This document shows, in pieces, positions 50,199-61,592 of a stretch of DNA of 64,000 nucleotides. Both the position numbers and the translations under genes were made by a program. The notes under the pieces are model-generated. The model saw only the letters and a list, made by a program, of their open reading frames with translations, made no database searches and was not told the DNA's origin. The DNA is from an uncultured Actinomycetota bacterium (lineage in GTDB: Bacteria > Actinomycetota > Actinomycetes > JAHEKZ01). Location: the NCBI GenBank assembly GCA_963743915.1, contig CAVURN010000001.1, forward strand, positions 640,001-704,000, written 5' to 3'. The stretch's first letter is position 1. Every line of letters begins with the position of its first letter.

Positions 50199-50367
50199 GC
50201 CTCGCCTGAGGACCGTGACGGAGTCGACAGGGTCGTCACCGTGTGATGAATCTCCTTGCGACGCAAGGAATCTCTCGGCGTGTGAGGATTGTGTCTCGTC
50301 CTGACTTTGCCTAACGTGCGGGGGGTCGGCACTCCGTCCGGCACCACAGGCTTTCAAAGGGGAAGTA

Positions 50368-50784
50368 GTGAACAAGGCTCAGCTCATCGACGAACTCTCC
50401 GGTCACTTCGACGGCAACCGCCGTGCCGCGCAGAACGCCCTCGAGGCGGTGATCGGCACGATCACCCGTCAGGTCGCCAAGGGCGAGGCGGTGGCCATCA
50501 CCGGGTTCGGCAAGTTCGAGCGTCGGATCCGACCGGCCGGCACAGCCCGCAACCCGCAGACCGGCGCAGTCGTCAAGACCAAGAAGAAGTCGGTTCCCAA
50601 GTTCACCGCGGGTGCCGAGTTCAAGGCGATCGTGAACGGCGAGAAGAAGGCGGCTCCGGCCAAGAAGGCTCCGGCCAAGAAGACGACGGCCAAGAAGACG
50701 GCCAAGAAGGCTCCCGCGAAGAAGGCTCCGGCCAAGCGGACGACGGCCAAGAAGACCGCCAAGAAGACCGCGCGCAAGCGCTGA
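50368..50784 (+). CDS. hup: HU-family DNA-binding protein with Lys/Ala-rich (PAKK) tail
   Basis: MNKAQLI, ITGFGKF, ARNPQTG, then [10 protein letters not shown] repeats. Confidence 0.93.
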   Translation: MNKAQLIDELSGHFDGNRRAAQNALEAVIGTITRQVAKGEAVAITGFGKFERRIRPAGTARNPQTGAVVKTKKKSVPKFTAGAEFKAIVNGEKKAAPAKKAPAKKTTAKKTAKKAPAKKAPAKRTTAKKTAKKTARKR

Positions 50785-50796
50785 CACGCGGCAGCG

Positions 50797-50828
50797 GGAC
50801 CCCGGGCTCACGCGAGAGCCCGGGGTCC
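50797..50828. terminator. hairpin between convergent hup and small ORF
   Basis: 13-bp stem GGACCCCGGGCTC-acgcga-GAGCCCGGGGTCC. Confidence 0.75.
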
Positions 50829-50861
50829 TCGTGCGTGTGGGAGTCGTACGCGCGGTCAGGC

Positions 50862-51089
50862 TCACGACTCCGGCAGGGGGAAGGTCGTGAGCGTCAGAGT
50901 GGTGACGACCTCGCCGTCCACCACCATCCGCACCCGCTGACCAGGGCGCAGCGTCCGCAGGCGACCGGTCAGCCACGCGTCCGCGGTGAAGGGCAGGACG
51001 ACGCCGTCGTCACCGATCACCGAGCCGTTCCCCGTGTCCGTCTCGAACGTGTGCACCGTGGCCTGGCGCGTGCGTGCTGTCTCGGTCAT
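50862..51089 (-). CDS. small conserved actinobacterial protein, cold-shock/OB-fold-like
   Basis: QATVHTF...G.GSV..DDG..LPF and [10 protein letters not shown]; usual position after cofC. Confidence 0.7.
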   Translation of the reverse strand: MTETARTRQATVHTFETDTGNGSVIGDDGVVLPFTADAWLTGRLRTLRPGQRVRMVVDGEVVTTLTLTTFPLPES

Positions 51090-51100
51090 GGGAGGTCAGG

Positions 51101-51739
51101 CTAGTCGCCGCCGCCCGGACCACCGGGGAGGACGACAGTCCCGTCGGCGAGGAGTGCCAGGGTCCGTGGCCCCACGCCCAGGGCAGCTGCGTGACGGAGA
51201 TCCTCGAGATCGTCGACGTCGCAGCGCGCTCCAGCGGTGGCGTCGATCGAGCGTGCGCCACCCGCTTCGTGGGCCTTTGCCGAGTCAGGTCCGAAGACCG
51301 GACGGAGCTCGTCCCGTGAGCGGCCGGTCAGGACGGTCGTCCCCGTGCCGTGGCGGTCGACCACCATGGCACGCACGAAGCCCTCGGCGCCCTCGAGGAT
51401 CTCGCGGAGTGCTTGCGGCGTCAGGGCGGGCAGGTCACCCATGACGACCGCAACCGGACCGAACGGCAGCTGCGCCATCGCCCAGTCGATCAGCTCGTTG
51501 AGCCCAGAGGGCGACGGGCGGTGCTCAGGCTCGACGAGCACGTGGGCGGAGGTGCCGAGCCCGGCAGTCACCGAAGGCGACGAGAGCACCGTCACCTGGG
51601 AGACCGTCGGACAGGCGAGCACGGCGTCGACGGTGTCGGAGGCCATGGCGGAGGCCAGCTCGCGACGCACCTCACGGTCGAGCGCAAGCCGGCTCTTGGC
51701 ACGGACTCCTCCCTTGACCGGGACCAGCACCTGCCACAT
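51101..51739 (-). CDS. cofC: 2-phospho-L-lactate/PEP guanylyltransferase (F420 biosynthesis)
   Basis: LVPVK....AKSRL, GDLPAL, DRHGTGT, FGPDS...H, DVDDLEDL. Confidence 0.9.
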   Translation of the reverse strand: MWQVLVPVKGGVRAKSRLALDREVRRELASAMASDTVDAVLACPTVSQVTVLSSPSVTAGLGTSAHVLVEPEHRPSPSGLNELIDWAMAQLPFGPVAVVMGDLPALTPQALREILEGAEGFVRAMVVDRHGTGTTVLTGRSRDELRPVFGPDSAKAHEAGGARSIDATAGARCDVDDLEDLRHAAALGVGPRTLALLADGTVVLPGGPGGGD

Positions 51740-51884
51740 GCCCCGAGGCTGCCACACACGGCAGAAGCCTCAGGTCTGCCGGGCGTGCCGCTCTCCCCGC
51801 CGCCGGGCGCCGCGGGACACTGGACCGTCCCGGCCGCCGCAGCGGTCGGATGCGGCACGCGAGCGGCGAGACGAGGGACGAGCG

Positions 51885-52673
51885 CTGGAGCCCAAGGCCG
51901 GATCGACGGGAGCGGCGTACACGACCGCGCGGCTGATCCTGCGGCCACTGATGCGGGTGGTGTCACGGCACCAGTGGCAAGGGGCCGAGCACCTCCCCGC
52001 AGGGGGATTCATCGTCGTGGCCAACCACCTGTCGCACGCGGACCCGTTGCCGGTGGCGGACTTCCTCGACGCGAACGGACGTGTCCCACGGTTCCTGGGC
52101 AAGGCGGAGCTGTTCGACGTCCCGGTGCTCGGGCCGCTGCTGCGCTCCGCCGGTCAGATCCCGGTCCACCGCGAGACGCAGAAGGCAGGTGCCGCTCTGG
52201 CCTCGGCAGTGGAGGCGGTGAGGCGTGGGGAGTGCGTGGTCGTGTACCCGGAAGGCACGCTGACGCGGGACGACTCCCTGTGGCCGATGACCGGCAAGAC
52301 CGGCGCGGCCCGCATCTGGTGGGAGACCGGCTGCCCGGTCGTCCCCGTGGCCCAGTGGGGGTCGCACGAGCTGCTGGCTCCCTACGGTCGGGTTCCGCAC
52401 GTGTGGAAGCGGCCGGTGATCCAGGTGCGGGCAGGCCCCCCGGTGCCGCTCAGCCGGGACGAAGGGAGTGCGGGATCGCCCGACTTCCCGGCCCTCACGG
52501 CGCAGATCATGGCAGCGCTCACCGACGTGCTGGCCGAGATCCGCGGGGTCGCACCGCCCGACGAGCCGTTGGACCCGCGCACCTCCGGTCTCCCGCGGAC
52601 CGGTGACCCGCGCAAGAATCGTGGTGACCGCCGGGCGCCGCGTCCGGGGCACACCGGAGAGGCGGAGGTCTGA
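51885..52673 (+). CDS. lysophospholipid (1-acyl-glycerol-3-phosphate) acyltransferase
   Basis: NHLSHAD, FLGKAELF, YPEGTLTR; start uncertain (CTG 51885 after GAGGGA, or ATG 51951). Confidence 0.88.
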   Translation: MEPKAGSTGAAYTTARLILRPLMRVVSRHQWQGAEHLPAGGFIVVANHLSHADPLPVADFLDANGRVPRFLGKAELFDVPVLGPLLRSAGQIPVHRETQKAGAALASAVEAVRRGECVVVYPEGTLTRDDSLWPMTGKTGAARIWWETGCPVVPVAQWGSHELLAPYGRVPHVWKRPVIQVRAGPPVPLSRDEGSAGSPDFPALTAQIMAALTDVLAEIRGVAPPDEPLDPRTSGLPRTGDPRKNRGDRRAPRPGHTGEAEV

Positions 52674-53674
52674 TGCAGGTCGCCGTGATGGGCCTGGGGT
52701 CGTGGGGCACCGCCTTCGCCCTGGTCCTCGCCGACGCCGGGCACCCCGTGCACATCTGGGGTCGCAACGCGAGGACGGTCGCCGAGGTCACCGCCACCCG
52801 GCGCAACGAGGCGTTTCACCCAGGTCTGGTGCTGCCGCCGGAGGTGGTCGCCGTGAGCGACCCTGGTGAGGCGTTGAGGGGCGCCGAGCTGGTGGTGCTT
52901 GCGGTTCCTGCGCAGTCCCTGCGCGAGAACCTCAAGGACTGGGGCCACCTGGTGCCCGACGGTGTCGTCGTGCTCAGCCTGCTGAAGGGACTCGAGCTCG
53001 GGTCGCACGCCCGGATGAGCGAGGTCGTGGCCGCCGAGCTCGGGTGGCCGGATCGGCAGATCGCCGTGCTCAGCGGGCCGAACCTGGCGCGCGAGGTCGT
53101 GCAGCGTCAACCCACCGCGAGCGTCGTCGCCTGCACGGAGGAGTCCGTCGCAGCGCAGGTGCAGGGCTGGATCCGCACCGCGAGCTTCCGCCCCTACACC
53201 AACACCGATGTCGTCGGCGTCGAGCTCGGTGGCGTCGTCAAGAACGTGATCGCCCTGGCGACCGGCATGGCCGAGGGGATGGGCTTCGGTGACAACAGCA
53301 AGGCCGCGATCATGACGCGCGGCCTCGCCGAGATGACCCGGCTCGGCGTGGCGATCGGTGCCAACCCGCTCACCTTCATGGGGTTGGCCGGTGTCGGCGA
53401 CCTCATCGCGACCTGCTCGTCCCCGTTGTCCCGCAACCGGACGTTCGGCGACAACCTCGGGCACGGCATGACGATGGCGGAGGTCTCCGCGATCACCGCT
53501 CAGACCGCCGAGGGGGTCACCTCCTGCGCGCCCGTGCTCGAGATGGCGCGCGAGAACGGCGTCGACATGCCCATCACGGAGCACGTGTTCGGTGTGGTCA
53601 CGCAGGGGTGGGCACCGCGGGACATGGTCGCCTCACTGATGAGCCGCGTGGCCAAGCCGGAGTGGACCTCCTGA
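52673..53674 (+). CDS. gpsA: NAD(P)H-dependent glycerol-3-phosphate dehydrogenase
   Basis: GLGSWGTA, SGPNLARE, GGVVKNVIA, GVGDLIATC, SRNR. Confidence 0.95.
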   Translation: MQVAVMGLGSWGTAFALVLADAGHPVHIWGRNARTVAEVTATRRNEAFHPGLVLPPEVVAVSDPGEALRGAELVVLAVPAQSLRENLKDWGHLVPDGVVVLSLLKGLELGSHARMSEVVAAELGWPDRQIAVLSGPNLAREVVQRQPTASVVACTEESVAAQVQGWIRTASFRPYTNTDVVGVELGGVVKNVIALATGMAEGMGFGDNSKAAIMTRGLAEMTRLGVAIGANPLTFMGLAGVGDLIATCSSPLSRNRTFGDNLGHGMTMAEVSAITAQTAEGVTSCAPVLEMARENGVDMPITEHVFGVVTQGWAPRDMVASLMSRVAKPEWTS

Positions 53675-53712
53675 CCCGCAGCCGCACCCAGGGAGCGCCG
53701 TAGGGTGACGTC

Positions 53713-54828
53713 GTGACCGATGACGCGCCCCGCCGCACCCGAGTCGCCGTCGTCTTCGGTGGACGCAGCACCGAGCACCAGATCTCGTGCGTGTCCGCCG
53801 GCAGCGTGCTCCGGGCGCTCGACCCGGAGGAGTTCGAGGTCGTACCCGTCGGCATCACGCCGGAAGGTCGCTGGGTGCTCACGGACGCCGACCCGGCGCG
53901 TCTCGCGATCACCGACGGGCGCCTGCCGTCGGTGGACGAGGAAGGCGCTCCTCTGGTGTGGACGGCCGACCCCTCCCGTGAGCTGAGCATCCACGAGCCG
54001 GGTCATGTGCCGGAGGTGCTCGGAGAGGTCGACGTCGTCTTCCCCCTGTTGCACGGACCGTACGGCGAGGACGGCACGGTTCAGGGCCTGCTCGAGCTCG
54101 CTGGCGTCCCGTACGTCGGGTCGGGCGTCCTGGCGAGCGCGGCAGCGATGGACAAGGCGGTGACCAAGACGCTGGTCGCGGCCGCGGGGATCCAGCAGTC
54201 GCCGTACGTCGTGATCACCGACCGCGACTGGACCTTCGACCGTGAGGAGTCCCTGGACCGGGCGCGATCACTCACCCTGCCGCTCTTCGTCAAACCGGCC
54301 CGGGCGGGGTCGAGCGTCGGCATCACCCGGGTCACGTCGTGGGATGCGCTCGCGGACGCGGTCGAGGCCGCGCGCGTGAACGACCCCAAGGTGGTGGTGG
54401 AGCAGGGGGTGACGGGGCGCGAGATCGAGTGCGGGGTGCTGAGCCGGCTGGATGGACGCGGACCGGAGGCCAGTGTCTGTGCGGAGATCCGGGTCCGCGG
54501 CGACCACGACTTCTACGACTTCGAGGCGAAGTACCTCGACGACGTCACCGAGCTCGACGTGCCGGCCGACCTGCCGTCCTCGGTGAGTGACCGGGTTCGG
54601 TCGGCGGCGTGTGCGGCGTTCGACGCCGTCGGCTGCGAGGACTATGCCCGCGTCGACTTCTTCGTCACCGACGACGGACAGGTGGTCCTGAACGAGATCA
54701 ACACGATCCCGGGGTTCACCCACATCTCGCTCTTCCCGCGGATGTGGCAGGCGAGCGGGCTGGAGTATCCCGATCTGGTGGCGCGGCTGGTGCGGACGGC
54801 GCTGGCGAAGCGTCGCGGCCTCCGCTGA
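53713..54828 (+). CDS. ddl: D-alanine--D-alanine ligase
   Basis: [37 protein letters not shown]. Confidence 0.95.
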   Translation: MTDDAPRRTRVAVVFGGRSTEHQISCVSAGSVLRALDPEEFEVVPVGITPEGRWVLTDADPARLAITDGRLPSVDEEGAPLVWTADPSRELSIHEPGHVPEVLGEVDVVFPLLHGPYGEDGTVQGLLELAGVPYVGSGVLASAAAMDKAVTKTLVAAAGIQQSPYVVITDRDWTFDREESLDRARSLTLPLFVKPARAGSSVGITRVTSWDALADAVEAARVNDPKVVVEQGVTGREIECGVLSRLDGRGPEASVCAEIRVRGDHDFYDFEAKYLDDVTELDVPADLPSSVSDRVRSAACAAFDAVGCEDYARVDFFVTDDGQVVLNEINTIPGFTHISLFPRMWQASGLEYPDLVARLVRTALAKRRGLR

Positions 54829-54832
54829 GCCT

Positions 54833-55294
54833 TCAGTCGAGTCTCCGGGGCACCGCCGCCTGCACGGCGTCGGCGAGGTCGGTGAGCGCTCCCGCCTCGG
54901 GCGCGTGGTCATCAGGAACGCTGACCTCGACGAAGACGACGCGGCCGTAGGTGGTGAACAGGTACCCGGCTGTCAGCTGCTCAGGGAACCAGTCGACCCC
55001 GTCGACGGTCACCAGCTCGGACGTCGGCTCCAGCGCCTCGGGCTCCGGCACCCCGCACCTCAGCACGATCGCCGGGTCGCCCCACGCGGCCGTGAGGTCG
55101 GAGTCGGGCGCGGTGTCCCGCGCCTCCTGGCCGTCCACGACCTCCGGCAGCTGGTCGGCGAGCGCGCCACAGACGTCACGCGCGGAAGGTGCGGGTTCGG
55201 GCGGGGAGACGTCGACCGGGGCCGAGCACGACGAGACCGTCAGGACCAGGCCCGCGAGCAGGCCGGTGGTGACCACACGTCGGGCGAGGCGCAC
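54833..55294 (-). CDS. DUF3515 family lipoprotein
   Basis: Signal with Cys, C..L...LP, AAWGDPAIVLRCGV, VDGVDW. Confidence 0.85.
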   Translation of the reverse strand: MRLARRVVTTGLLAGLVLTVSSCSAPVDVSPPEPAPSARDVCGALADQLPEVVDGQEARDTAPDSDLTAAWGDPAIVLRCGVPEPEALEPTSELVTVDGVDWFPEQLTAGYLFTTYGRVVFVEVSVPDDHAPEAGALTDLADAVQAAVPRRLD

Positions 55295-55297
55295 CCC

Positions 55298-55531
55298 TCA
55301 GAGGTTGATGACCGGGCAGGTGAGGGTGCGGGTGATGCCGGGGACGCCCTGCACCTGCGCCACCACGAACCGCCCGAGCTCGTCATCGCTGTTCGCCTCG
55401 GCGCGCACGATGACGTCGTAGGCGCCGATGAGGTTCTCGGCCAGGGTGACGCCGGAGATCTTCGAGATCTGGTCGGCCACCTCGGCGGCACGTCCCACCT
55501 CGGTCTGGATCAAGATGTATGCCGTGACCAT
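55298..55531 (-). CDS. stand-alone Lrp/AsnC ligand-binding domain protein
   Basis: MVTAYILIQTEVG, GAYDVIV, ITRTLTCPV. Confidence 0.9.
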   Translation of the reverse strand: MVTAYILIQTEVGRAAEVADQISKISGVTLAENLIGAYDVIVRAEANSDDELGRFVVAQVQGVPGITRTLTCPVINL

Positions 55532-55603
55532 CACACGCCTCCCGTCTGCAGGCCCTGACCGTACCGGGTGCAGGGCACCCAGAGCGACCCCCGAGGCCGG
55601 CTC

Positions 55604-56560
55604 GTGACCAGTGACGAGACGATCGCCGACCGGGGGGAGTTCGGCGTGATCGACGCCCTGGCCCGGCGGCTGCCGCAGGGTGCGGACGTGAGGGTGCCCC
55701 CCGGCGACGACGCCGCCGTGGTGACCGTCGACGCCTGCCCCGTGGTGGTCACGACCGACGTCCTCGTCGACACCGTGCACTTCCGCACCGACTGGTCAGG
55801 ACCGGAGGACGTCGGCCGCCGTGCCGCAGCGGCCAGTCTCGCTGACGTGGTGGCCATGGGTGCGCGTCCGGTCGCCCTCGTGGTCGCCCTGACGGCGCCC
55901 CGCACCACGGAGAGCGCATGGGTGCTGCGGCTCGCCGATGGGCTGAGGGATGAGGCAGCCCTGGTCGGCGCCTCGGTCGTCGGTGGTGATCTGTCGTCGG
56001 GTCCGCTGCAGGTCACGGTGAGCGCGCTCGGACGGCTCGAAGGTCGCGATCCCGTGCTGCGCAGCGGGGCGCAGGTGGGCGATCAGGTGGTCCTCAGCGG
56101 CCGCCTGGGCTGGGCCGAGGCGGGCCTGGCGGTGCTGAGCCGCGGGTTCCGGTCGCCCCGGGTGCTCGTCGAGGCCTACCGACGTCCGGACGTGCCGTAC
56201 GCGGCCGCGCTCGAGGCGTCCGAGTCAGGGGTGCTGCACAGCCTCTGCGACGTGAGCGACGGCTTGCTCGCCGACCTCGGCCACGTGGCCAGGAGCAGTG
56301 GGGTGGTGATCGACGTCGAGAGCGCGCAGCTGGAGGTGGGGGAGCCGATCACCACCGTGGCGGCGGCCTACGGGACCGATCCGATGCCCTGGGTGCTGGG
56401 TGGGGGAGCGGACCATGCCTTCGTGGGCACGGTGTCCGCGGACGACGACGTTCCGCAGGGGTTCGCCCGGATCGGACGGGTGGTCGAGGGGGCCGAGCCT
56501 GTCGTGACCGTCGACGGAGCGGTGTGGACCGGGTCGACCGGGTACACGCACTTCGGGTAG
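55604..56560 (+). CDS. thiL: thiamine-phosphate kinase
   Basis: GEFGVI, PGDDAAV, LADVVAMGA, VGGD, DVSDGL. Confidence 0.93.
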   Translation: MTSDETIADRGEFGVIDALARRLPQGADVRVPPGDDAAVVTVDACPVVVTTDVLVDTVHFRTDWSGPEDVGRRAAAASLADVVAMGARPVALVVALTAPRTTESAWVLRLADGLRDEAALVGASVVGGDLSSGPLQVTVSALGRLEGRDPVLRSGAQVGDQVVLSGRLGWAEAGLAVLSRGFRSPRVLVEAYRRPDVPYAAALEASESGVLHSLCDVSDGLLADLGHVARSSGVVIDVESAQLEVGEPITTVAAAYGTDPMPWVLGGGADHAFVGTVSADDDVPQGFARIGRVVEGAEPVVTVDGAVWTGSTGYTHFG

Positions 56561-56570
56561 TGGGAGACCC

Positions 56571-56756
56571 CTAGCGGGAGACCTTGCCGGCCTTGATGCA
56601 GGAGGTGCAGACGGTCAGCTTGGTGGGGGTTCCACCCACCACGGTGCGGACGGTCTGGACGTTCGGGTTCCAGCGCCGACGGGTCCGTCGGTGCGAGTGG
56701 GAGATGCTGTTGCCGAAGCCCGGGCCCTTGCCACAGACATCGCACTTGGCGGCCAC
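56571..56756 (-). CDS. rpmB: 50S ribosomal protein L28 (Zn-ribbon form)
   Basis: [37 protein letters not shown]. Confidence 0.96.
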   Translation of the reverse strand: MAAKCDVCGKGPGFGNSISHSHRRTRRRWNPNVQTVRTVVGGTPTKLTVCTSCIKAGKVSR

Positions 56757-56942
56757 GGTGACTCCTTCTGCAGGGACGGGCGGCACGGGCGCCGCACGAC
56801 CACGCGGCCCGGACGAGCCGACGTGGAATCGGGGGTGCGGTCGCGGCCGGAGCATCGGCCGACGACAGCCCCACGAGGGTACCCGATCGCCAGGATGCGC
56901 CCAAACCGGTCGGTCCTCGCCGATGGCTAGGCTCGGCGGGCA

Positions 56943-58724
56943 GTGACGGGTGACGAGGCGGAAGGACCGCAGGTGGTGCAGGGGATGTCCGCGGCGGGGC
57001 AGGCGCGCGCTCGCGTCCCGCGACTGACCGTGGACCACCTCGTCCGGTGGGCCCGGTCGACCATCCTCGAGGACGCCCGTGCCGACATCGATGCGCTGAA
57101 CGTCTTCCCGGTTCCCGACGGAGACACCGGCACCAACCTCGCCCTGACCTGGCAGGCCGCGCGGGAGTCCCTGGACTCGGCCCTGTCCGCTGCGAACTCC
57201 CACGCCGTGCCGGCCGATCCCCCGCTGCCCGCGCTGGTGTCGACGTGGGCGCGTGGGGCCCTGATGGGCGCGCGGGGAAACTCCGGCGTGATCTCGGCGC
57301 AGCTCCTGCGGGGCTGGGCGCTGACCGTCGCGAGTGCTGCTGACCCGGACCGGACCGACGGCGTCGACGCGGCCGTGCTGGCGGATGCGCTCGACGACGC
57401 CGTCGCCCTGGCCTACAGCGCGGTCATGCACCCGGTTGAGGGCACGATCCTGACCGTCGCCTCCGAGGCGGCGCGGGCCGCACGAGCCACCGTCGACGCC
57501 GCAGCCGGGAAGGTCGGGGAGCCGGGTGAGCCCGACGTCGCCGCGGTGCTGGAAGCCGCCGTCAAGGCCGCGGACGCAGCGTTGGTGCGTACCCCCGAGC
57601 AGCTGGACGTGCTCGCGCGCGCCGGTGTCCTCGATGCCGGCGGGCAGGGCCTTGTCCTGGTCCTGGGCGCCCTGCGGGCCGTCGTCGACCCGACCGCCCC
57701 CCAAGAAGAGGCTCTTCTGGCCCGTTGGGGTCTCGGACAGGGGGCCGGAGCCTTCGTGCACGCTCCGCGACCGACCGGTGGCGCCCTGCCGGACGGCGCC
57801 TTCGAAGTGATGTACCTGCTCGACGCCGACGACGCCGCAGTTCCCGACCTGCGCGTCCGGCTCGACCACATCGGGGCCTCGGTGGTGGTCGTCGGAGGCG
57901 GCGGGCTCTGGAACGTCCACGTGCACACCGACGACGCAGGGCCCGCGGTCGAGGCGGGCGTGGCTGTCGGCCACGTGTCGCGGATCCGCATCACGCCCCT
58001 GGTCACCGAGTCCGGCGAAGCGGACTCCGCGGGGGAGCAGGAGACCGGCGGACGCGGGCGTCCGGTGCGGGTGGTCGTCGCGGTGGCGCCGGGCCCCCCG
58101 CTGGCTGCCCTGTTCGAGTCGGTGGGGGCGCGCGTGGTCCGCGGTGCCCCAGGGGACCGGCCGACGCCCGGCAGTCTGGTCGCGGCCGCCGAAGGGGCGG
58201 CCGAGGTGCTGCTGCTCCCGAACGACGATGCCCACCGCGGGGTCGCCGAGACCGCGGCTTCCGAGCTGCGCGGCCGAGGGGTCACGGCGGCGGTGCTTCC
58301 GACCCGCGCAGCGGTGCAGGGTCTGGCCGCGCTCGCCGTGCACGAGGCAGGGCTGCCTTTCACCGACGACGTCGTCGCGATGTCGGCGGCGGCGGGAGCC
58401 ACACGTCACGGTGCGGTGACGCGTGCCGAGCGAGAGGCGATCACCTCGGCAGGCATCTGCCAGCCGGGCGACGTCCTCGGGCTGGTCGAAGGCGACATCG
58501 CGGTCATCGGCTCCGATCCGGCGGCCACGGTGTGCAGCGTGGTGGACCGCATGCTGTCGGCCGGCGGTGAGCTGGTGACCCTGGTCTGCGGCGACGACCC
58601 GTGGCCCGGGCACGAGCTGGCCGAGGCGGTCCGTCAGCACCTGCACCGCACCCGGCTCGACGTGGAGATCGTGGTCTATGAGGGCGGACAACCCCTCTAC
58701 CCCTTGCTGGTAGGGGTGGAGTGA
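56943..58724 (+). CDS. DAK2 domain protein (fatty acid kinase FakA-like)
   Basis: [48 protein letters not shown]. Confidence 0.92.
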   Translation: MTGDEAEGPQVVQGMSAAGQARARVPRLTVDHLVRWARSTILEDARADIDALNVFPVPDGDTGTNLALTWQAARESLDSALSAANSHAVPADPPLPALVSTWARGALMGARGNSGVISAQLLRGWALTVASAADPDRTDGVDAAVLADALDDAVALAYSAVMHPVEGTILTVASEAARAARATVDAAAGKVGEPGEPDVAAVLEAAVKAADAALVRTPEQLDVLARAGVLDAGGQGLVLVLGALRAVVDPTAPQEEALLARWGLGQGAGAFVHAPRPTGGALPDGAFEVMYLLDADDAAVPDLRVRLDHIGASVVVVGGGGLWNVHVHTDDAGPAVEAGVAVGHVSRIRITPLVTESGEADSAGEQETGGRGRPVRVVVAVAPGPPLAALFESVGARVVRGAPGDRPTPGSLVAAAEGAAEVLLLPNDDAHRGVAETAASELRGRGVTAAVLPTRAAVQGLAALAVHEAGLPFTDDVVAMSAAAGATRHGAVTRAEREAITSAGICQPGDVLGLVEGDIAVIGSDPAATVCSVVDRMLSAGGELVTLVCGDDPWPGHELAEAVRQHLHRTRLDVEIVVYEGGQPLYPLLVGVE

Positions 58725-61012
58725 GCGCGCGCGCGGAGTCCCGTTCCGCCGGCGCCGAGTGGCTGGACCGACCGCTGCGGACGGTGCTCGGCGGCGCCAC
58801 GGCGAAAGTCCTCGCGGCGCTCGAGGTCCACACCGTCGGCGACCTGCTGGACCACCTTCCGCGGCGGTACGGCGAGCACGGTCAGCTGACCGACATCGCC
58901 CGGCTGCAGGTCGGTGAGCAGGTGACGGTACTGGCGGAGATCGCGTCCGTCTCGTCCCGCCGCATGCGTCAGCGCAAAGGAACGATCACAGAGGTGGTGG
59001 TGACGGACGGTCGACAGCGGCTGTCGTTGACCTTCTTCAACCAGCCGTGGCGCGAGCGCCAGCTGCAGGTCGGCATGCGGGGGCTGTTCGCGGGGACGGT
59101 GGGGGTCCACGCCGGCAAGCGCCAGCTGACGCAGCCGGACCTTCAGATCTTCGGTCAGTCCGACGAGGGCCCCGGGCTGTCGCCCGGAGCGGACGACGTC
59201 GACCCGCTGGACGAGCTCGCCGTCGACCTGACCGGTCTCGAGGAGTTCACCGAGCGCCTGATCCCGATCTACCCCGCCAGCGCCAAGCTCCCGACCTGGC
59301 GGATCCAGAAGGCGGTCGACGTACTGCTTCACACCATGCCCGAGCTGCCCGACCCGATACCGGCGGACGTCGTCGAGCGCGAGCACCTGATGTCGCGGAC
59401 GGAGGCGTACCGCACCATCCATCGGCCACGGACCCTCGACGAGGTCGCAGCAGCGCGCCGCAGGCTCGCGTACGACGAGGCCCTCGTCCTGCAGACCGTG
59501 CTCGCACGCAGGCGCGCCGCGCTGGCGTCCCTCGCCTCGACGCCGCGCGTGGCGTCGCCCGACGGTCTGCTCGCGGCGTTCGACGAGCGACTGCCCTTTG
59601 CGCTGACGGAGGGCCAACGTGAGGTCTCCGCCGCGATCCTGACCGACCTCGCGAGGCCGCACCCCATGCATCGCCTCGTGCAGGGCGAGGTCGGTTCGGG
59701 CAAGACGGTCGTGGCGCTCCGGGCGATGATGGCGGTGGTCGACTCAGGGGGCCAGGCCGCGCTGCTGGCACCCACCGAGGTGCTCGCCCAGCAGCACTAC
59801 CGCACCCTCACGACCATGCTCGGCCCCCTGGCCGAGGCGGGCATGCTCGGCGCTCCACCGGAGGCGACCCGCGTGCGCCTGCTCACCGGGAGCCTTCCCA
59901 CCGCCGCACGGCGTCAGGCGCTGCTGGACGCCGCCTCCGGGGAGGCCGGGGTGGTCGTCGGCACGCACGCGCTGCTGCAGGAGCACGTCGACTTCTTCGA
60001 CCTGGGGCTGGTCGTCGTGGACGAGCAGCACCGGTTCGGCGTCGAGCAGCGCGAGGCTCTCCGCGCGAAGGCAGAGGCGCCCCCACACGTGCTCGTGATG
60101 ACGGCCACACCGATCCCGCGGACAGTGGCGATGACGGTCTTCGGCGACCTCGACGTGTCCACCCTCACCGAGCTCCCTCAGGGCCGGCAGACGATCACCA
60201 CGCACGTGGTCCCCGTCGCCGAGCGGCCGCGGTACCTCGAGCGCACGTGGGCGCGGGTCACCGAGGAGGTCGCACAGGGCCGCCAGGCCTACGTCGTCTG
60301 TCCTCGAATCGGCGACGACCTCGACGCGGCGGGGGAGCCCGGTCCGGAGGGGGCCGCCGATGACGGTCCCGAGGATGCGGCATCCGGGGCGCCCTCGCCG
60401 CCGCTGACGTCCGTGCTCGCCCTTGCCCGCACTTTGCAGCAGGGCCCGCTCGGGGAGTGCCGGGTCGAGGTGCTGCACGGACAGCTGGCCTCGGACGTCA
60501 AGGACCGCGTCATGTCGGCCTTCACCGACGGCGAGATCGATGTCCTGGTGGCGACGACCGTGATCGAGGTCGGCGTCGACGTCCCCAACGCCACCGTCAT
60601 GGTCATCATGGACGCCGACCGCTTCGGGGTCTCCCAGCTGCACCAGATCCGTGGTCGGGTCGGCCGCGGCGAGCATCCGGGGCTCTGCCTGCTGGTGACC
60701 GAGCAGCCGGAGGGAGCCCCGGGGCGGGAGCGGCTGCTCGCGGTGGAGAGCACCCTCGACGGGTTCGCGCTCGCCCGGATCGACCTCGAGCAGCGCCGTG
60801 AGGGCGACGTTCTGGGCACGGCTCAGTCGGGGCGCCGCTCGAGCCTGAAGGTGCTGCGCGCGATCTCCGACGAGGACATCATCGCGAGCGCCCGGGGTGA
60901 CGCGGTGGCGATCGTCGAGCGCTCGGTCGACCTCGTCGACCATCCTGACCTCCGGGCGGCGGTGCTGCGCCAGGAGTCCGACGAGCAGTCCGAGTACCTG
61001 GAGAAGGCGTGA
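58721..61012 (+). CDS. recG: ATP-dependent DNA helicase RecG
   Basis: [36 protein letters not shown]. Confidence 0.96.
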   Translation: MSARAESRSAGAEWLDRPLRTVLGGATAKVLAALEVHTVGDLLDHLPRRYGEHGQLTDIARLQVGEQVTVLAEIASVSSRRMRQRKGTITEVVVTDGRQRLSLTFFNQPWRERQLQVGMRGLFAGTVGVHAGKRQLTQPDLQIFGQSDEGPGLSPGADDVDPLDELAVDLTGLEEFTERLIPIYPASAKLPTWRIQKAVDVLLHTMPELPDPIPADVVEREHLMSRTEAYRTIHRPRTLDEVAAARRRLAYDEALVLQTVLARRRAALASLASTPRVASPDGLLAAFDERLPFALTEGQREVSAAILTDLARPHPMHRLVQGEVGSGKTVVALRAMMAVVDSGGQAALLAPTEVLAQQHYRTLTTMLGPLAEAGMLGAPPEATRVRLLTGSLPTAARRQALLDAASGEAGVVVGTHALLQEHVDFFDLGLVVVDEQHRFGVEQREALRAKAEAPPHVLVMTATPIPRTVAMTVFGDLDVSTLTELPQGRQTITTHVVPVAERPRYLERTWARVTEEVAQGRQAYVVCPRIGDDLDAAGEPGPEGAADDGPEDAASGAPSPPLTSVLALARTLQQGPLGECRVEVLHGQLASDVKDRVMSAFTDGEIDVLVATTVIEVGVDVPNATVMVIMDADRFGVSQLHQIRGRVGRGEHPGLCLLVTEQPEGAPGRERLLAVESTLDGFALARIDLEQRREGDVLGTAQSGRRSSLKVLRAISDEDIIASARGDAVAIVERSVDLVDHPDLRAAVLRQESDEQSEYLEKA

Positions 61013-61028
61013 ACTGCCGGGAGCGCGG

Positions 61029-61592
61029 ATGACCCGCGTGATCGGGGGCGTCGCCCGCGGTCGTCGGCTCCGGGTTCCCACCGATGGCACCCGGCCGACC
61101 TCGGACCGCGCACGGGAGGCGGTCTTCTCGAGCCTGGAGTCACTGCGCGGACCCGCGTGGGCGGAGTCCACGGTCCTCGACCTCTACGCCGGGTCGGGGG
61201 CGCTCGGACTCGAGGCGCTCTCGCGCGGCGCCGACCGCGTGGACCTCGTCGAGTCGGACCGTCGCGCCGTGCGCGTGATCGAGGCGAACGTGGCCGTCGT
61301 CGCCCCAGTCCCCGGTACCGCCCACGTGCACGCCTCCACGGCGGAGCGATGGGTGCTGCGACCACCCTCCGATGTCCGCTTCGATGTCGTGTTCTGCGAC
61401 CCGCCGTACGCACTCGCGAGCGAGTCCGTCCGATCGCTGCTCGCGACGTTGCTGGACCTCGGCGCGCTCGCCCCCGGGGCGATAGTGGTGGTCGAGCGTC
61501 CTCAGCGGGAGGCGTGGAGCTGGCCACCGGGGCTGCGGCAGGTCAAGGAGCGACGCTACGGCGAGGCGCGCATCTGGATGGCTCAGGTCTGA
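61029..61592 (+). CDS. rsmD: 16S rRNA m2G966 methyltransferase
   Basis: TRPTSDRARE, DLYAGSGALG.EALSRG, DPPY. Confidence 0.93.
   Translation: MTRVIGGVARGRRLRVPTDGTRPTSDRAREAVFSSLESLRGPAWAESTVLDLYAGSGALGLEALSRGADRVDLVESDRRAVRVIEANVAVVAPVPGTAHVHASTAERWVLRPPSDVRFDVVFCDPPYALASESVRSLLATLLDLGALAPGAIVVVERPQREAWSWPPGLRQVKERRYGEARIWMAQV

Noticed and set aside
50645-50770. DNA direct repeats (GGCTCCGGCCAAGAA etc.)
   Set aside because: Explained by the coding PAKK/TAKK tail of HU.
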